This document shows positions 13,105 to 25,399 of a stretch of 64,000 nucleotides of DNA, piece after piece; the stretch's first letter is position 1, and each line of letters begins with the position of its first letter. The stretch covers positions 62,496,001 through 62,560,000 of the forward strand of contig NC_042997.1 of assembly GCF_006345805.1 (NCBI RefSeq). The letters are read 5' to 3'. The position numbers were made by a program, and so were the translations under genes. This DNA is from Octopus sinensis. Lineage: Eukaryota. The notes under the pieces are model-generated. The model worked only from the letters and a program-made list of their open reading frames with translations, was not told where the DNA came from and did not search any database.

Positions 13105-14099
13105 ATATATATACATATATATATACACACATACATACACACACACATAAACAACAAATTAGGGATTCATCTCTTAAGAATGTCTCATTCAGTGAAAAGC
13201 TAGATATCTGTACAAATGGAAAATTTACAACATCCCCATTTTACAAAATAAACGATGAAAATGTTCAACTACGAAAGGCAGAAGAAGATTATAAGAATTC
13301 GAAATCCGAAAATAGTCAACACTCCATATAATAAACAGTGGTAGAAGAATATGACTAAAACCATAAGTACGAAAATAAACCGGAAATAATTAATACTACC
13401 ACTACCACAAAAATAGCAATTTCCTCTTTAAGAGCATGTGTGTCTGAAACGGTTAAACGAAAGCACTCATACACTAGAAGAAAACCTCTTCCAAAAAAGG
13501 TTAGTAACATTCCGATAAAAGATTTCATAACATTTCTTTAAGTATTTTTTTTGTTTTAAGTATCACCTTTACACTTTCATTTATATATCAACACGAGTTG
13601 ATGTGTATATGGAAAAAAAAACTCAAAAAAAAAACATTTCTGTCCTAGTTTCGGTCATTAAGACTTTTTCATCTCTAAGTATGGAAAACAATTACATTTT
13701 GGAAAAAATACATGAAAAGTATTTTAAAAGAATATTTGCATAATATTCAAATACAAGGGACATTTTCTTTGTTTCTGCCTGTCTCTGTCTCTCTTGTTTA
13801 CTCTTGTGGGTTCGATGTATATATACATTATTATTAAAGCTGCAAAAACATTACAGAAATATCACAAAAAACTGTTACTCAGAGTTTCACGTTCCCGTTC
13901 GTCGGGCAGTTGTGATCCAGAATGGAATAAGAATTTAGGTTATACGTATATTTTATATTATGATGTAATTCACATTGACAAATACACATTTGAATTTGAT
14001 TAGCCGTTTCAACTAATGGTTTTGGCAGAGGTAAAGACATTCGGCTGCACCTCCTTTGGGATGTTGGGATGTTTTGTTGTTTTTTTTTACAGGAACCCA

Positions 14100-14669
14100 C
14101 TATACCGAGTGCGGATAGAATTTATACTTTACCCGGAATACTTTCCTCATCAGCATAGGACTTCACAATATTAAATCCGGAGGCACTGGAAGAATCGAAT
14201 GTACCTCTCCAACTAAAAGAATCAGACAGATTACATTCAACGTCCAGTACTGCCGAATTTAAAAACATACGAATGAGGCTCATCACCTTCCCCTGCCTAT
14301 CCACGTGTGTCGTCAAGTAAAAATACTACAGAAAAATCTGTAGTTTATTATCCGGGAGAAAATTAATTAAGGGAAAAATTAATTAATTAACTAGTAATCA
14401 ATGATTTTACCAAGTAGAATGGTGATGAGGAAAGTGTTCCGGGTAAAGTATAAATTCATTCTTTATACCGAGCTAATTCTGAAACGCGTACATGGGTAAT
14501 CAAATATCGATTGATTTTCGTTATTCTTCATCTCTGCCTGCGTGGATTGTTTTCGAGTACTTTGTTTTTGTCCGAGAATCTCTTTTTAAAGTAGAGGAAA
14601 TAGCTAAGGTTCTCTAGCTGCTATTTCTAAACTTCGGTATGTGGTAAAGCAAATCTTTGCTGAACCCTA

Positions 14670-14670
<1 letters not shown>
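14100..14670. mobile_element. Penelope-like element end: ORF C-terminal fragment (14160-14330, -) with head-to-head pseudo-LTR copies
   Basis: tgatgaggaaagt(a/g)ttccgggtaaagtataaattc occurs on - at ~14115-14152 and on + at 14423-14458; carries a hammerhead fold. Confidence 0.55.
14418..14496 (+). ncRNA. Type I hammerhead ribozyme motif, family B (C3->G in this copy)
   Basis: AAUG-GUGAUGA-GGAA...UUCU-GAAA-CGCGU-A-CAUGGG; palindromic stem III ACGCGU. The inverted partial copy at 14159-14109 supplies intact CCUAUG-CUGAUGA, which pairs with CAUGGG. Confidence 0.65.
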
Positions 14671-14704
<34 letters not shown>

Positions 14705-14924
14705 ACATTTATACGCTAGAAAAAGACGTCAAATCGCCTTACCACATATATACACACATGCACAGAAAAACATACGTACTCACATAAAGCATAAACACAT
14801 AGACACACGTTATTGACATACATACGCTTACATATATATATACTAATGTATACACAGATATCTACTCACACATACACACAATACGTCTCCGTGCGTAAGT
14901 ATGTGTTAATACTCACACTAAATC

Positions 14925-15290
14925 GTCGCGGCACTCCGTCGGTTACGACGACGAGGGTTCCAGTTGATCCGATCAACGGAACAACCTACTCATGAAATTA
15001 ACGTGCAAGTGGCTGAGCACTCTACAGCCACGTGCACCCTTAACGTAGTTCTCGGGAAGATTCAGCGTGACAAAGAATGTGACAATGCTGGGCTTTGAAA
15101 TACAGGTACAACAGAAACAGGAATAAAGAGTGAGAGAAAGTTGTGGTGAGAGAGTAAAGCAGGGTTCGTCACCACTCCCTGCGGAAGCCTCATGGAGCTT
15201 TAGGTGTTTTTGCTCAATAAACACTCACGACGCTCGGTCTGGAAATCGAAACCACGATCCTACGATAGCGAGTCCGCTACTCTAGCCACA
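14925..15290 (-). mobile_element. tRNA-derived SINE (cactccgtcggttacgacgacgaggg family)
   Basis: tRNA-like head on - (gtggctagagtagcggactcgctatcgtaggatcgtggtttcgatttcc). Related tRNA heads at 7395-7680, 20730-21000, 28225-28440, 53160-53240, 62685-62830. Confidence 0.7.
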
Positions 15291-15358
15291 CAAAATACAT
15301 AATACGCGTTTAACACGCACAAGCATTTGAAGTTGGTAAGAAAGAAGAAAAGAAAAGA

Positions 15359-16040
15359 AATTCCGTTCTCCAGTATTTCATGCTATTCCATATAAGGTTT
15401 CTCATATTCTCTGCTACTCCATACATTTCCATTGTTCTTATTATCCAGGAGTGTGGTATCATATCGTATACCTTGCGATAGCTAATCCATGCCATACTCA
15501 GGTTTGTATGTCTTCTCTTGAAGTTCCTGATAATTAGATTATCAATTAAGAGCTGATCCTTCGTTCCCCAAGTCCTTTTCGGCACCCAATCTGTTCAATG
15601 GGTTAGCAGCTCACTTCTTTCCAAGTACATGTACAGTCTCCGGCCAAAGCACCTGACAATAGGTTCCACATTAGCGGAAGACATGTTATTTGTTTTGAGT
15701 TGGATGCAACATTTCCCTTTTCGGGATCTCTTGGTACATAAAGCAATTCTCTCTTTGTCATCCAGCTGGGTACAGCGCCTTCCTGCAAGTACTCATCTAG
15801 CTGTTGTGCTCTACTATCATTAGAGTTCTCTCAGCTTCTTCATCCAATACTCTTGGATCTCATACGGTCCTAGACTAGGAATCTTCTTATCTGCTTTTTT
15901 TTATCATTTCTGTAGTTATCTTTATGTCTACTTGGATTTCTATATTTCTTAACCTGTCTTGGATTTCATGCAGCCATTTCGCGTCATCATTGCCCATGTA
16001 GTTCCTGAAACAGCTTCTTCTGATTTGCTTGATATTATTA
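15359..16040 (-). mobile_element. R4/Dong-like (RLE-type) non-LTR retrotransposon RT fragment
   Basis: Frames give [40 protein letters not shown]; 5' side abuts (AAC/AAT)n. Confidence 0.85.
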
Positions 16041-16072
16041 TTGTTGTTGTTGTTGTTGTTGTTATTGTTGAT

Positions 16073-17476
16073 ATTAAAGTTGGCGAACTGGCAGAATCGT
16101 TTTACGACGGGCAAAATGCTTAGCAGCATTTCGTCCGTCTTTACGTTCTGAGTTAAGATTCCGCTGAGGTCAACTTTACCTTTCATCCTTTCGGGCTTGA
16201 TCTTTGCGGTCGATGTAATCACCTTACACCCTCCTCATCAACTTGCTGGCCTTGTGCCAAAATTTGAAATCTATATTATTATATTTTGTTTTGAACGATG
16301 GTTTCACAGAATTGTCAAAGCGTCCCTGGATGATGCCTTGCGGTATTTACTTAACTACTTACAACCCTTTACATTCTAATTTCAAAATGTAAAGTTCGAC
16401 TCCGCTTTTCATTCTTACTGGAGAGAGTTAAGTATTGAATCGCTGGAACTAACTATGAACCATTTGACTTGCATTTATGGCTATGTACCAATTTGAGAAA
16501 GACATGTAGCAATATGACCATCCGCATGAAGTCCAGGCCCTGAGAAATTTTACGAGACATAATCTTCTGTAATTTTCACACTCATTATTTAATTAGATTA
16601 TGCTTTTAGGAGAAAATCACTTCATGGCGTTTGTAAGATTCATCCATGGTTTTCTTTTTCGATTCATACCTTTTCTATTATTTAACTTGGCTGAAAGGCG
16701 GCGAGCTGGCAGAATCGTTAGCACATCGTGCAAAATGCTTATCCGTATTTCGTCCGACTTTAGGTTCTGTGTTCAAATTCCACCGAGGTCTACTTTGCCT
16801 TCCATCCTCTCAGAGTCAATAAAATAAGTACCAGTTATGCACTGGAGTCGATGTAATTAACTAGCCCTCTACAATGTTAGATCTTGTACCAATAGAAGAA
16901 AGGATTATTTTACTTAGCTGAAAGGCGGCGAGGAGACAGAATCTTTAGCACGCAGGGCAAAATGCTTTGCGGCATTTCGTCCCTCTTTACGTTCTGAGTT
17001 CAAATGCAGCCGAGGTTGACTTTGCCATTCATCCCTTCGCGATCGATAAAATAAGTACCAGTTGAGCATTGAGATCGATGTAATGGACTTACCCCCTCCT
17101 CCGAAATTGCTGGTCTTGTGCCAAAATTCGAAAACATTATTTTACTTAGCTGAATGTATAATTTTAATAGTGAAAGATGTTTGTGAAATATTTCGAAAAC
17201 AAATTCATTCGCCGAAACAGTCATGCTATCATTAACGTACAATATTGTTTGTAAAGAATGATAATTATTTCCATTGAATTTACTTGAAACAAGAACCCAG
17301 AAAGAAGTGTGTCATGTTGTAAGGATGAGTTAATCAGAAGTTATAAACACCGTGTAACGGATGCTTGAGTATGTAGAACAGGTGTGAAATATTTTGATGT
17401 TAATAAGTCAATAACCATATAAGTAAGTCAACCTATAAAAATGAAAAGAATGATAGAATGTAGTTTTATTTGCATA
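16073..17476. repeat. Inverted segmental duplication, partner 45893-47291 (plus 15359-15445 / 48403-48489)
   Basis: Continuous ~95% identity by eye across SINEs and the unique spacers between them. Confidence 0.9.
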
Positions 17477-19395
17477 CTAGCAGTATAGCCCGGCGTTGCC
17501 CGGAATTAAGTTAGGATTATTAAATGATCAAGCGCTTTATTTCAAACCAAAATAAGTGACACCGACATCAAATTTGAGCGAAATCCGTTGAAATTGGTAA
17601 ACATTTGGCTGAAAATGGGTTACAGACAATTTGATTGGGAAATCCCATAAGGAATCGGTTCATCGATTATTTCCACTCATCGATTGTTTTTTTGTTTTTT
17701 GTTTTTTTGAGAACTTAAAGCATTGAAAGATCCCATGCGTCCTAAGTAATGCTGGCATCAAGTTTGAGCGAAATATGTCAAAATTGGTAAAAGTTATGGA
17801 TGAAAATGGGGTGTAGCCAATTTTAGTGGGAAATCCTATAAGGAATCAGTTTATCAATTTTTTATCCTGATTGAATGGAAGACCCCAAATGGATGCCTGC
17901 CACCGATAGTGTTAGGCCTTGCGATTTGTTGATGGACATGGCGAAGCATAGTCTCACCGAGAACTGCGATCTGCAGATGTTAAACGGCATTTCTGACCCC
18001 GAGGGTATAAAGCTGCATCCTTGAAATGAAAATATTTTCACCCCTACCGCACCCTGTAACAATTGTGACCTCAATCAAGTGGGGCGTCAGGGACTTGATT
18101 ACTAAGCGGGTCCCGTTACACTGTTTAGGCGGAAGCAAGCTTCTGATTAGCATAATTGAGCATCCAACCCTTAGCCTAAGAATGTGAGGTGGAAGCCCTG
18201 CTGGCTCCAATGAGTTGAGAAACTCGATAGGGTAATTGACAATGTGTTGGGGGTCAGAGGTCCGGTCAATCGATTTGTAGATGAGCTCCTCACCCGGAAT
18301 TCGGCTTATGAGCTGGTCGTTGATACCACTGAGATCTACATTGGGGGGGGGATCAGGATGGTTCTTTCACCGAACCAATTGATGTCTGCATAATTACTTT
18401 CCAGATTGGGGAACACTGTTTCCAAAAGATCGGAAGGGTTATCCACATTGTTGCACAATTCGCCCCTATCATTCCTAGGGACCTTGCCTTCTCCAAGGGC
18501 TAACATGCTTTCAGCAAATGCTGCAGACGTGCTATCACCAAGCAAGTGTGCACGCATGTTTGTGCTTAGGCTTAAGGTCTTAACCTGGAGCCACAACGTG
18601 GATGACTTTAGGGATGACGGGAAGGGTTTGCCGGAAATCTCCTCAAAGCAATAAAGTTACACCACCCATAGAAGCTGCAGAATCCCTTTCAGATACCTTT
18701 CAGTAACCGGCCCAGTGCCTCAAGGGCACCCTTATTGGCCACTCTGCATTCATCCCATACAATGAGACGGCACTGTCTAAGAACTTCAGCTTCCTCTGAA
18801 TTTTTGTTAATGTTGCAAGTAGGAACCTCAGCCCTCACCATATCCAAAGGCAGCTTGAATGCCAAGTGCGCCATCCTATCTCCCGGCAATAACGTAACAG
18901 CGATTCCCGAGGAAGCAACGGCTAGCGCAGTTTGTTTCTCGCGACGAATCTTAGCAATATTAATTGTGTTACAAAGGATTTGCCGGTACCTCTAGCAGCA
19001 TCGAGGAAAAAAATGACCCCCGGCTGTTTTTCAACGGCACTGACATCAGTTTCGTACACAGCCTCTGATCAGGGAGCAATTTCGATTCATTTACTCACAG
19101 GTACTCCGCAAGGCCATCAGCGTCATACGACATCTCCAGAAGTAACTTTGGTGCGAGTGTGTTAACATCCTGTCGCAATGAGGATGGCAAACCGAATGTG
19201 TTCAACGCCGCCCCACCCATTTTGAGCAGGGCATCCTCGATTTCAATCAGCGCATTATTGTAGATGAGGTCATTGTAGCCAATGTCAGCATTAGGGCACT
19301 GTTGCCTTGCCAGTCATTAGTTGCCTTGACCACCGAGAAAGCAAAATTACATACAGAGAATTTCATAAACAGAAATTAATGGAAATGAATCGAAA
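17477..19395 (-). mobile_element. Helitron copy 1, internally deleted, with intact 3' terminus
   Basis: PIF1 helicase remnants (LIVWDEC, FAMSINKSQG); 3' hairpin ccgggcaacgccggg then CTAG|T at 17480-17476; high identity to 33050-36334. Confidence 0.92.
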
Positions 19396-19799
19396 AGGTT
19401 TTGTGTTTTAAGGGCGGTTTCTACGTTATTTTTAGAACATCTCACGACTACCTGACAACTTTCAAGTTATTTTATGTCACTCTGGCCATGTATTGATGTT
19501 TTTCAATATTTCTCTTCCCATAAACACATTTAAAGGAAGAATGATGCACCCAAGAGTGGTACAATGTTGGTATTTAAGCAAAACATTCAAAATGTCCAAA
19601 CTGTAAACTCCGATTTTAAAATGTCGTAAAAGAGTGGAACTTTTAGGATTTATAGGGGAAGGGGTTAATACTTTTTTTTATAATTGTATGAATTCCCGTT
19701 TATAGGTCACAAATTCGTAAACATTTTCTGAAAATTACCAAAAAATAAAAAAATGTTATGAGGGGTTGTATGTTTAGACCATAATTTCGCCAATCGCTC

Positions 19800-20100
19800 T
19801 TCTACCAGTCTTCACTGTAGCTTTAACATCTTGGACATCCAATGATAATTTCAATACTTGCTTCAAACCATTGCATTATTCCATTGTTGTTCAGATTTGT
19901 CCAAGTACTTTCCTTATATGGTAATCGCAATATATCCGGTTAGATACATTTAAATATACTTCATGATACTGCAAATCGTTTCTTTTTTCTACGTTGTCAA
20001 AGGCTGTTTTGATGTCAAAAGATGTGTGGCATAATTACTTGTACTTTTTATGGTCTCTAAATTTTTCTGCAATGCTTCCCACCTACGTTAGTTGTCCTAA
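19800..20100 (-). mobile_element. Highly degenerate LINE reverse transcriptase fragment
   Basis: DIKTAFDNV motif (LDxxKAFDxV-like) and IIIGCP in broken frames. Confidence 0.45.
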
Positions 20101-21010
20101 AAAAATTCTTTTTTTTTTTGTCTTTTTGTCTTCGCTATTCGTTTCGTTTCGCTCTGTTTATTGCCAGTTATTTATTAATTTCTTATTATTGTGCGTACAA
20201 CAGCAGAATTGTTGAGAGTCCCCCACACGATAACTCTTGGAAAATTATATACACACACACACACACACACATACATACACACATACACATCTATATATAT
20301 AAATTAATTAACCAATTAATGTGTGTATTATGTTGGTAGGGTAAAATCCAAGCTGTGCCTTCTTGAAGTAAGTCTGCTGATTCCAGTATTACATTCTCCT
20401 ATGTAGTTGCTGTCGTTGTTGTATTGATGTGAAGTACATATTAGAGGTGAAACTTCTGGGAATATTGCTAAGAAAACAGAAAAACTGAAAAAATATTGGT
20501 GTTATTTATTCACTATGCATGATACATATTGAGTCTCTTTCTAACAAATTACTAATTGGAAATTTCTTACATGTTTATCCAACATGCACAATTTTGTGAT
20601 TCATATTAGCAAATGAAATACATATGGTGGTGAATAGATAATACCAAAAAAATTTCCAATTTCTTGTTTTGTTGTGTGGGGGGTGGGGGTAGGTGAGAGA
20701 GAGGAATGAGGGAGAGGGAGAGAGAGGAAAGCGCATGTCCTAATGGTTAGGCGTGTTGCACTCACGATTGCGAGATTGTGGTTACGATTCCGAGACCGAG
20801 GCTGCTCTTTGTATTCTTGATCAAACACTTCATTTCACGTTGTTCCAGTCCACTCAGCCGTTAACGGTTACCCTGAGACGGACTAACCTTCCGATCAGGG
20901 AGAATGTTGGCATGCTTGCCTAGTATTAATCGAAAGCTACGACAGTCCAAAACGCATTACGACCAGCGACGTATAACGACATCCGGTAGCTTGTCACTCA
21001 CATGATATCA

Positions 21011-21054
<44 letters not shown>

Positions 21055-21144
21055 TTATTATATAGAAGGAGTTAACCCCGACTCAGTTGAGTACCTTATT
21101 TACTGTGGTTAACCCCGACTCAACCCGGGACCTACATATATATA

Positions 21145-21188
<44 letters not shown>

Positions 21189-21262
21189 TATATAGAAGGA
21201 GTTAACCCCGACTCAGTTGAGTACCTTATTTACTGTGGTTAACCCCGACTCAACCCGGGACC

Positions 21263-21265
<3 letters not shown>
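21055..21265 (+). repeat. Exact tandem duplication of an ~85-bp unit separated by (TA)n
   Basis: tagaaggagttaaccccgactcagttgagtaccttatttactgtggttaaccccgactcaacccgggacctaca occurs twice. Confidence 0.9.
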
Positions 21266-21312
<47 letters not shown>

Positions 21313-21439
21313 AAAACACCTTTTATCAATTCAAAATGTACAATTAAATTACACCATCTAGAAAATTACATATAATAGACAAATTAAAACTAAAGTAACA
21401 ATAAAATTGTTGTTACTCACTAGCAGGTCACGATGCTAT

Positions 21440-21790
21440 CCATCATCACTAAAAGGAAAAAATAGAACATACTGAAAACTGTCATAAGACCGATGGGATT
21501 CTGAGATTATTTGCAGTTGTCCACCTGTTTCTTTCAACACAACGTACCGTGCTGTTGCTTGAATTCCGGTGCTGTTTTGTATAATAATGGCAACTTCGTT
21601 CGCAGTTTGTGCATTGAATCTTCTCTCATATTCTATTACTGGTCTCTGATCGGAATCAATAATAATCTAGCTTCGGGAATATTTGTAAGTTGCTATTTTG
21701 CCTTTCTAAATGACGCAATGTAAGGGTTATATTATCCGAATATAATTTCCAATAATTCAACTATGACGCACTGAAAGTAATCGTTATGGA
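21440..21790 (-). pseudogene. Helitron Rep-region fragment from a divergent family
   Basis: Translates to IIIDSDQRPVIEYERRFNAQTANEVAIII...IISESHRSYDSFQYVLFFP, homologous to RISETHRSYDSLQYPLLF at ~31490. Confidence 0.8.
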
Positions 21791-21930
21791 GTATCTTCAT
21801 CCTCAAATCAACACTATCCCAAAGATCCAAGAAGTAAATTTAAAGAAATGGCGGGGTTGATCATTGTGATTAGGAGTTAAGGTGCCTATGTAATGTTGAA
21901 TATGACCCTGAATAACGATGGAAGGATTAC

Positions 21931-21965
21931 GGTTAGGGTTAGGGTTAGGGTTGGGGTTTTAGGGT
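21931..21965 (+). repeat. Short interstitial (TTAGGG)n tract
   Basis: ggttagggttagggttagggttggggttttagggtt. Confidence 0.7.
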
Positions 21966-23701
21966 TAATGTTACGGAAAAAAGTGAAAATTGAAGAAATT
22001 GGAGGGGGAGAGGGAATTCCGATTTTTTACTATTTTCAGGGATCTCCGTGTCCGAAAAGCTGGCTTTTTGGCAAATAAAAAATTTTAAAAAGCAATAATT
22101 TGCGAGAAAACGGGTGGGGGACGGGAGAAAGTCTTTCTGAAAATAGTAGCTGAATAACAGGAAAACAAACCTAAAAGCAGTAGAAATGGACGAACGATTA
22201 TGGTGGTGTCATGAAGTAAACGTTCTTCAGATACACTCGTTTATTCATACGAACGTAACTGAGATGAAATATGTCATAAATAACAGTGACAAACGAAATA
22301 TACACCGCCGGAAGTTGTTGACAAAGAACAGTAGTAATTTTATTCAGCTGAATACACGTCATCGACTAGTTGATACGACAACTTTAACACGAAAAAACTT
22401 CGAAAATAGAAATTTTCTCAACAACGCTAAGAGTAAAAGATGTTCTATATGACACATTCTACCAGTATACGAAGTTTCAAAGTGTTTAGTTTAAGAAAAT
22501 TAATTAATCGAGCTGCCCATGAAAAGGAAAAGATCCGACTAGTCGATTACATCGACCCCAGTGCTCAATGTGTAATAATCTTTTCAAATTTTGGCTCTGG
22601 GCCAACAGATTTTGAGATGGTGGTGAAGTTGTTTATGCTGACCACATTATTCAGCTGGTACTTATTTACTGACCCTGCAAGGATCAATGGCGAAGTCGAC
22701 CGCAGCAATTTATGAACTCAGAACGTAAAGTCGGAGGAAATGCCGCTAAGCATTTTTCCCGACGCGGTAACGGTTCTGCTGGCTCACCGCCTAACAAAGT
22801 GTAAAACCATTTTTTATTATAAATGCAAAGCCAGAAACTTGGTGGGAGAGTTTAAGTCGATTACACTAGCACTAGTGCATGACTGGTATTTATTTTATCG
22901 AGTAAATTGATAAATCTTAAATGTTAAAAATTCGGTATAGATCACCAACTATACCATTTGAACTAATGTAGATCACAAGCTATAACAGAAACATGTATGT
23001 AGATCACATACTACACCGGCACCAATATATCTGTGACACCACCACATGAAATAGAGGCCGTAGAAACATACAAAACACAAACATGCGTGACTCCTAGCAC
23101 AGTGCTAATAATATAGAATAAATTCGTGAGCCGTGAGAAGAAAAATTCAAAGAAATTTCTAAATTTAATTTTTGTCGACTAGACTTACCTACAATAATGT
23201 TTTACTTGAGTGAAATGTATAATCTTAGGAATTAAATATATTTGGAAAATATAACTAAAACTTCGACATAGAAACCATAGTTTCATTATCGCTAGCATTA
23301 TCGTTCAATTTGTAAACAGCAATAATTATAATTAAACTGACTTAAATTAAATTCATGAAAAAAAAGAAAGGATGAAAAGAAAAGAAAAGAAAAATAAGCA
23401 ACGCATCATCTGGTGAAAATTAACCGGCCAGCTGTTTTCAATGCAGTACAATGGATGATTGAGTATATAGAGCAGAGGTGGGAATACTAACTGTAATCGA
23501 TAGCCACACCCATCTACTCGACTAAATCGTTAAAAGTATACGTTCACATGACCTAAATCTAATCAGAGGAACTAGTGATAAATAAAAGAATATTTGCATG
23601 CGCAAAAAGGCAAGCATACACGCGCATGCGCGTAGATGATGTACATACGAAAGAATACATATACATTTATATATATATATATATATATAATACATATATA
23701 C

Positions 23702-23740
<39 letters not shown>

Positions 23741-24004
23741 GTCCTTGTTTTCGTGTACATTCGCTGCTTTCTTCCAAGGAATCTAGTGCTCTTAGCTTAG
23801 CTTTTCCTTGGGGCTGGCCAGATTGGAACAATCTCGAGTATAATCAGCCGATATTGCAAATAAAATCTGGAACTCGACTGAGGAAAGAAAACTCCGAATG
23901 ACCCGTCCTTGTTTTCCTTGTATTGTTTGTCTGGATGTTTTGTTGTCCCTTTTTTGCATCACCAAACTATCTGGATGTTTTGCGTTTTTGTCCCATTTTT
24001 GTAT

Positions 24005-24058
<54 letters not shown>

Positions 24059-24167
24059 ATATATATATATATATATAGGGAGAGTTTACAAAAAAAAACA
24101 AAAGACGAAGACAGGTGGTGTACAAAACAAACAGATGTATTAGTATAACGCGCAGGAATAGAAAAAA

Positions 24168-24205
24168 TCTTTTACGTTTCGAGCCTACGCTCTTCTACAG
24201 AAAGG
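24168..24205 (-). ncRNA. Minimal type I hammerhead ribozyme motif, family A (core CUGUAGA)
   Basis: CCUUU-CUGUAGA-A-GAGC(GUAG)GCUC-GAAA-CGU-A-AAAGA; a third, more decayed copy lies at 6445-6406 (-). Confidence 0.6.
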
Positions 24206-24736
24206 GACACAGAAAAAAATAAGGAGAGAAAAAATGTGTGAAGTGGCTAACGATCTATCATGGCGACTGACTAAGACATAAAGGTCACACACGAGAGGGA
24301 AAGTAGGGGAGGTAACAAAGTAACGATGACCCCCAACACGAAGGTGCGTGTGTGTATAAGACAGTATGTATGTGCGTGTGAAAGAGGGCTGGTGGTCTGG
24401 ACGTATGCGTGTATGTATGTGTAGGTGTTAAAATGTGGGGATGAGTGTGTTGGTGGTGTTGTGATGTGTAATGTTGTATGGTGTGGTGTGGTGTGGTGTG
24501 ATGTTGTTGGGATGTGGGGGAGGCGAGAGTGGGGAGGGTATAGTTGGGTTGGGTAGGTAGAGGGTGGGAGTAGAGGTGGTGTATGTGGGAGAAGGTGTGG
24601 GGGATAGGATTGAAGGATGGGATGGGAGGGATGCGATATATATATATATGTGTATCTAGCGTCTGACCACTGCCCGACACCATGATAGATCGTTAGCTCC
24701 TACACGCATTTTTTCTCTTCTTGTTTTTTTTGTGTA

Positions 24737-24774
24737 TCTTTCTGTCGAAGAGCGTAGGCTCGAAACGTAAAAGA
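24737..24774 (+). ncRNA. Minimal type I hammerhead ribozyme motif, family A (core variant CUGUCGA)
   Basis: UCUUU-CUGUCGA-A-GAGC(GUAG)GCUC-GAAA-CGU-A-AAAGA: stem I UCUUU/AAAGA, stem II GAGC/GCUC, palindromic ACGU stem III, GUA triplet (predicted cut after 24769). Confidence 0.65.
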
Positions 24775-25039
24775 CTTGTTCTATTTCTATTCCTGAGCGC
24801 CATACTAATACATTTGTTTGTTTTTACTCCACCTGCCTTCGTCTTTTGTTTATTTTCGTAAACCTTCCCGTTATATATATATAATAGAAAATATACATTA
24901 AGTATAGGACAATTACCAAAAAAATACGCATTAAGTACAGGATCTCACTAACGAGTGAAAAATACGGTCCTGTACTTATCTCTGTGTGTTTACGTATTTT
25001 TCACTCGCTGGTGATATCCTGTACTTTATGTGTATTTTT

Positions 25040-25240
25040 AATTATTACCTCCACCAAGGAAGGAGGTTATGTTTTCATTGGTGTTGGTTTGTTTCTCTGT
25101 CTGTGAGTAAAATAACTCAAAAAGTTGTGGACGGTATTTTGAGAAACTTGCAGGAAAAGTTGGTAATGACACAAGGAACAGATGATAACATTTTGGTAGT
25201 GATCCTGGAAATTTTATGGATTCTTGAAGGATTTTCCATT
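25040..25240 (+). mobile_element. Short non-autonomous element (ttacctccaccaaggaaggaggttatgtttt type)
   Basis: Terminal hairpin cctccaccaaggaaggagg followed by gtttgt repeats, resembling Helitron-associated non-autonomous elements. Confidence 0.4.
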
Positions 25241-25399
25241 TGTTATATATCTACTTTACAGGAAGTATTATAATGTTAAATTCTTTGATTATCTTCCTTG
25301 AAAACACTTCATCTTTTCCACATAACCTATGGTGGTGTTGCTGATTCCAAAGTTTATTTTCGTTTCTCTATTAGTAATTTTACTCGCGTATCTATCTTA

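Larger units (their letters stand above)
24078..24872. repeat. Divergent inverted pair of PLE pseudo-LTR family A (arms ~24078-24273 / ~24655-24872)
   Basis: ~200-bp arms reverse-complement; each carries a hammerhead fold. Confidence 0.85.

Noticed and set aside
13640-13685. Hammerhead-like GUC..GACC-GAAACUAG on - strand
   Set aside because: The CUGANGA core and stem I are too degenerate to call.
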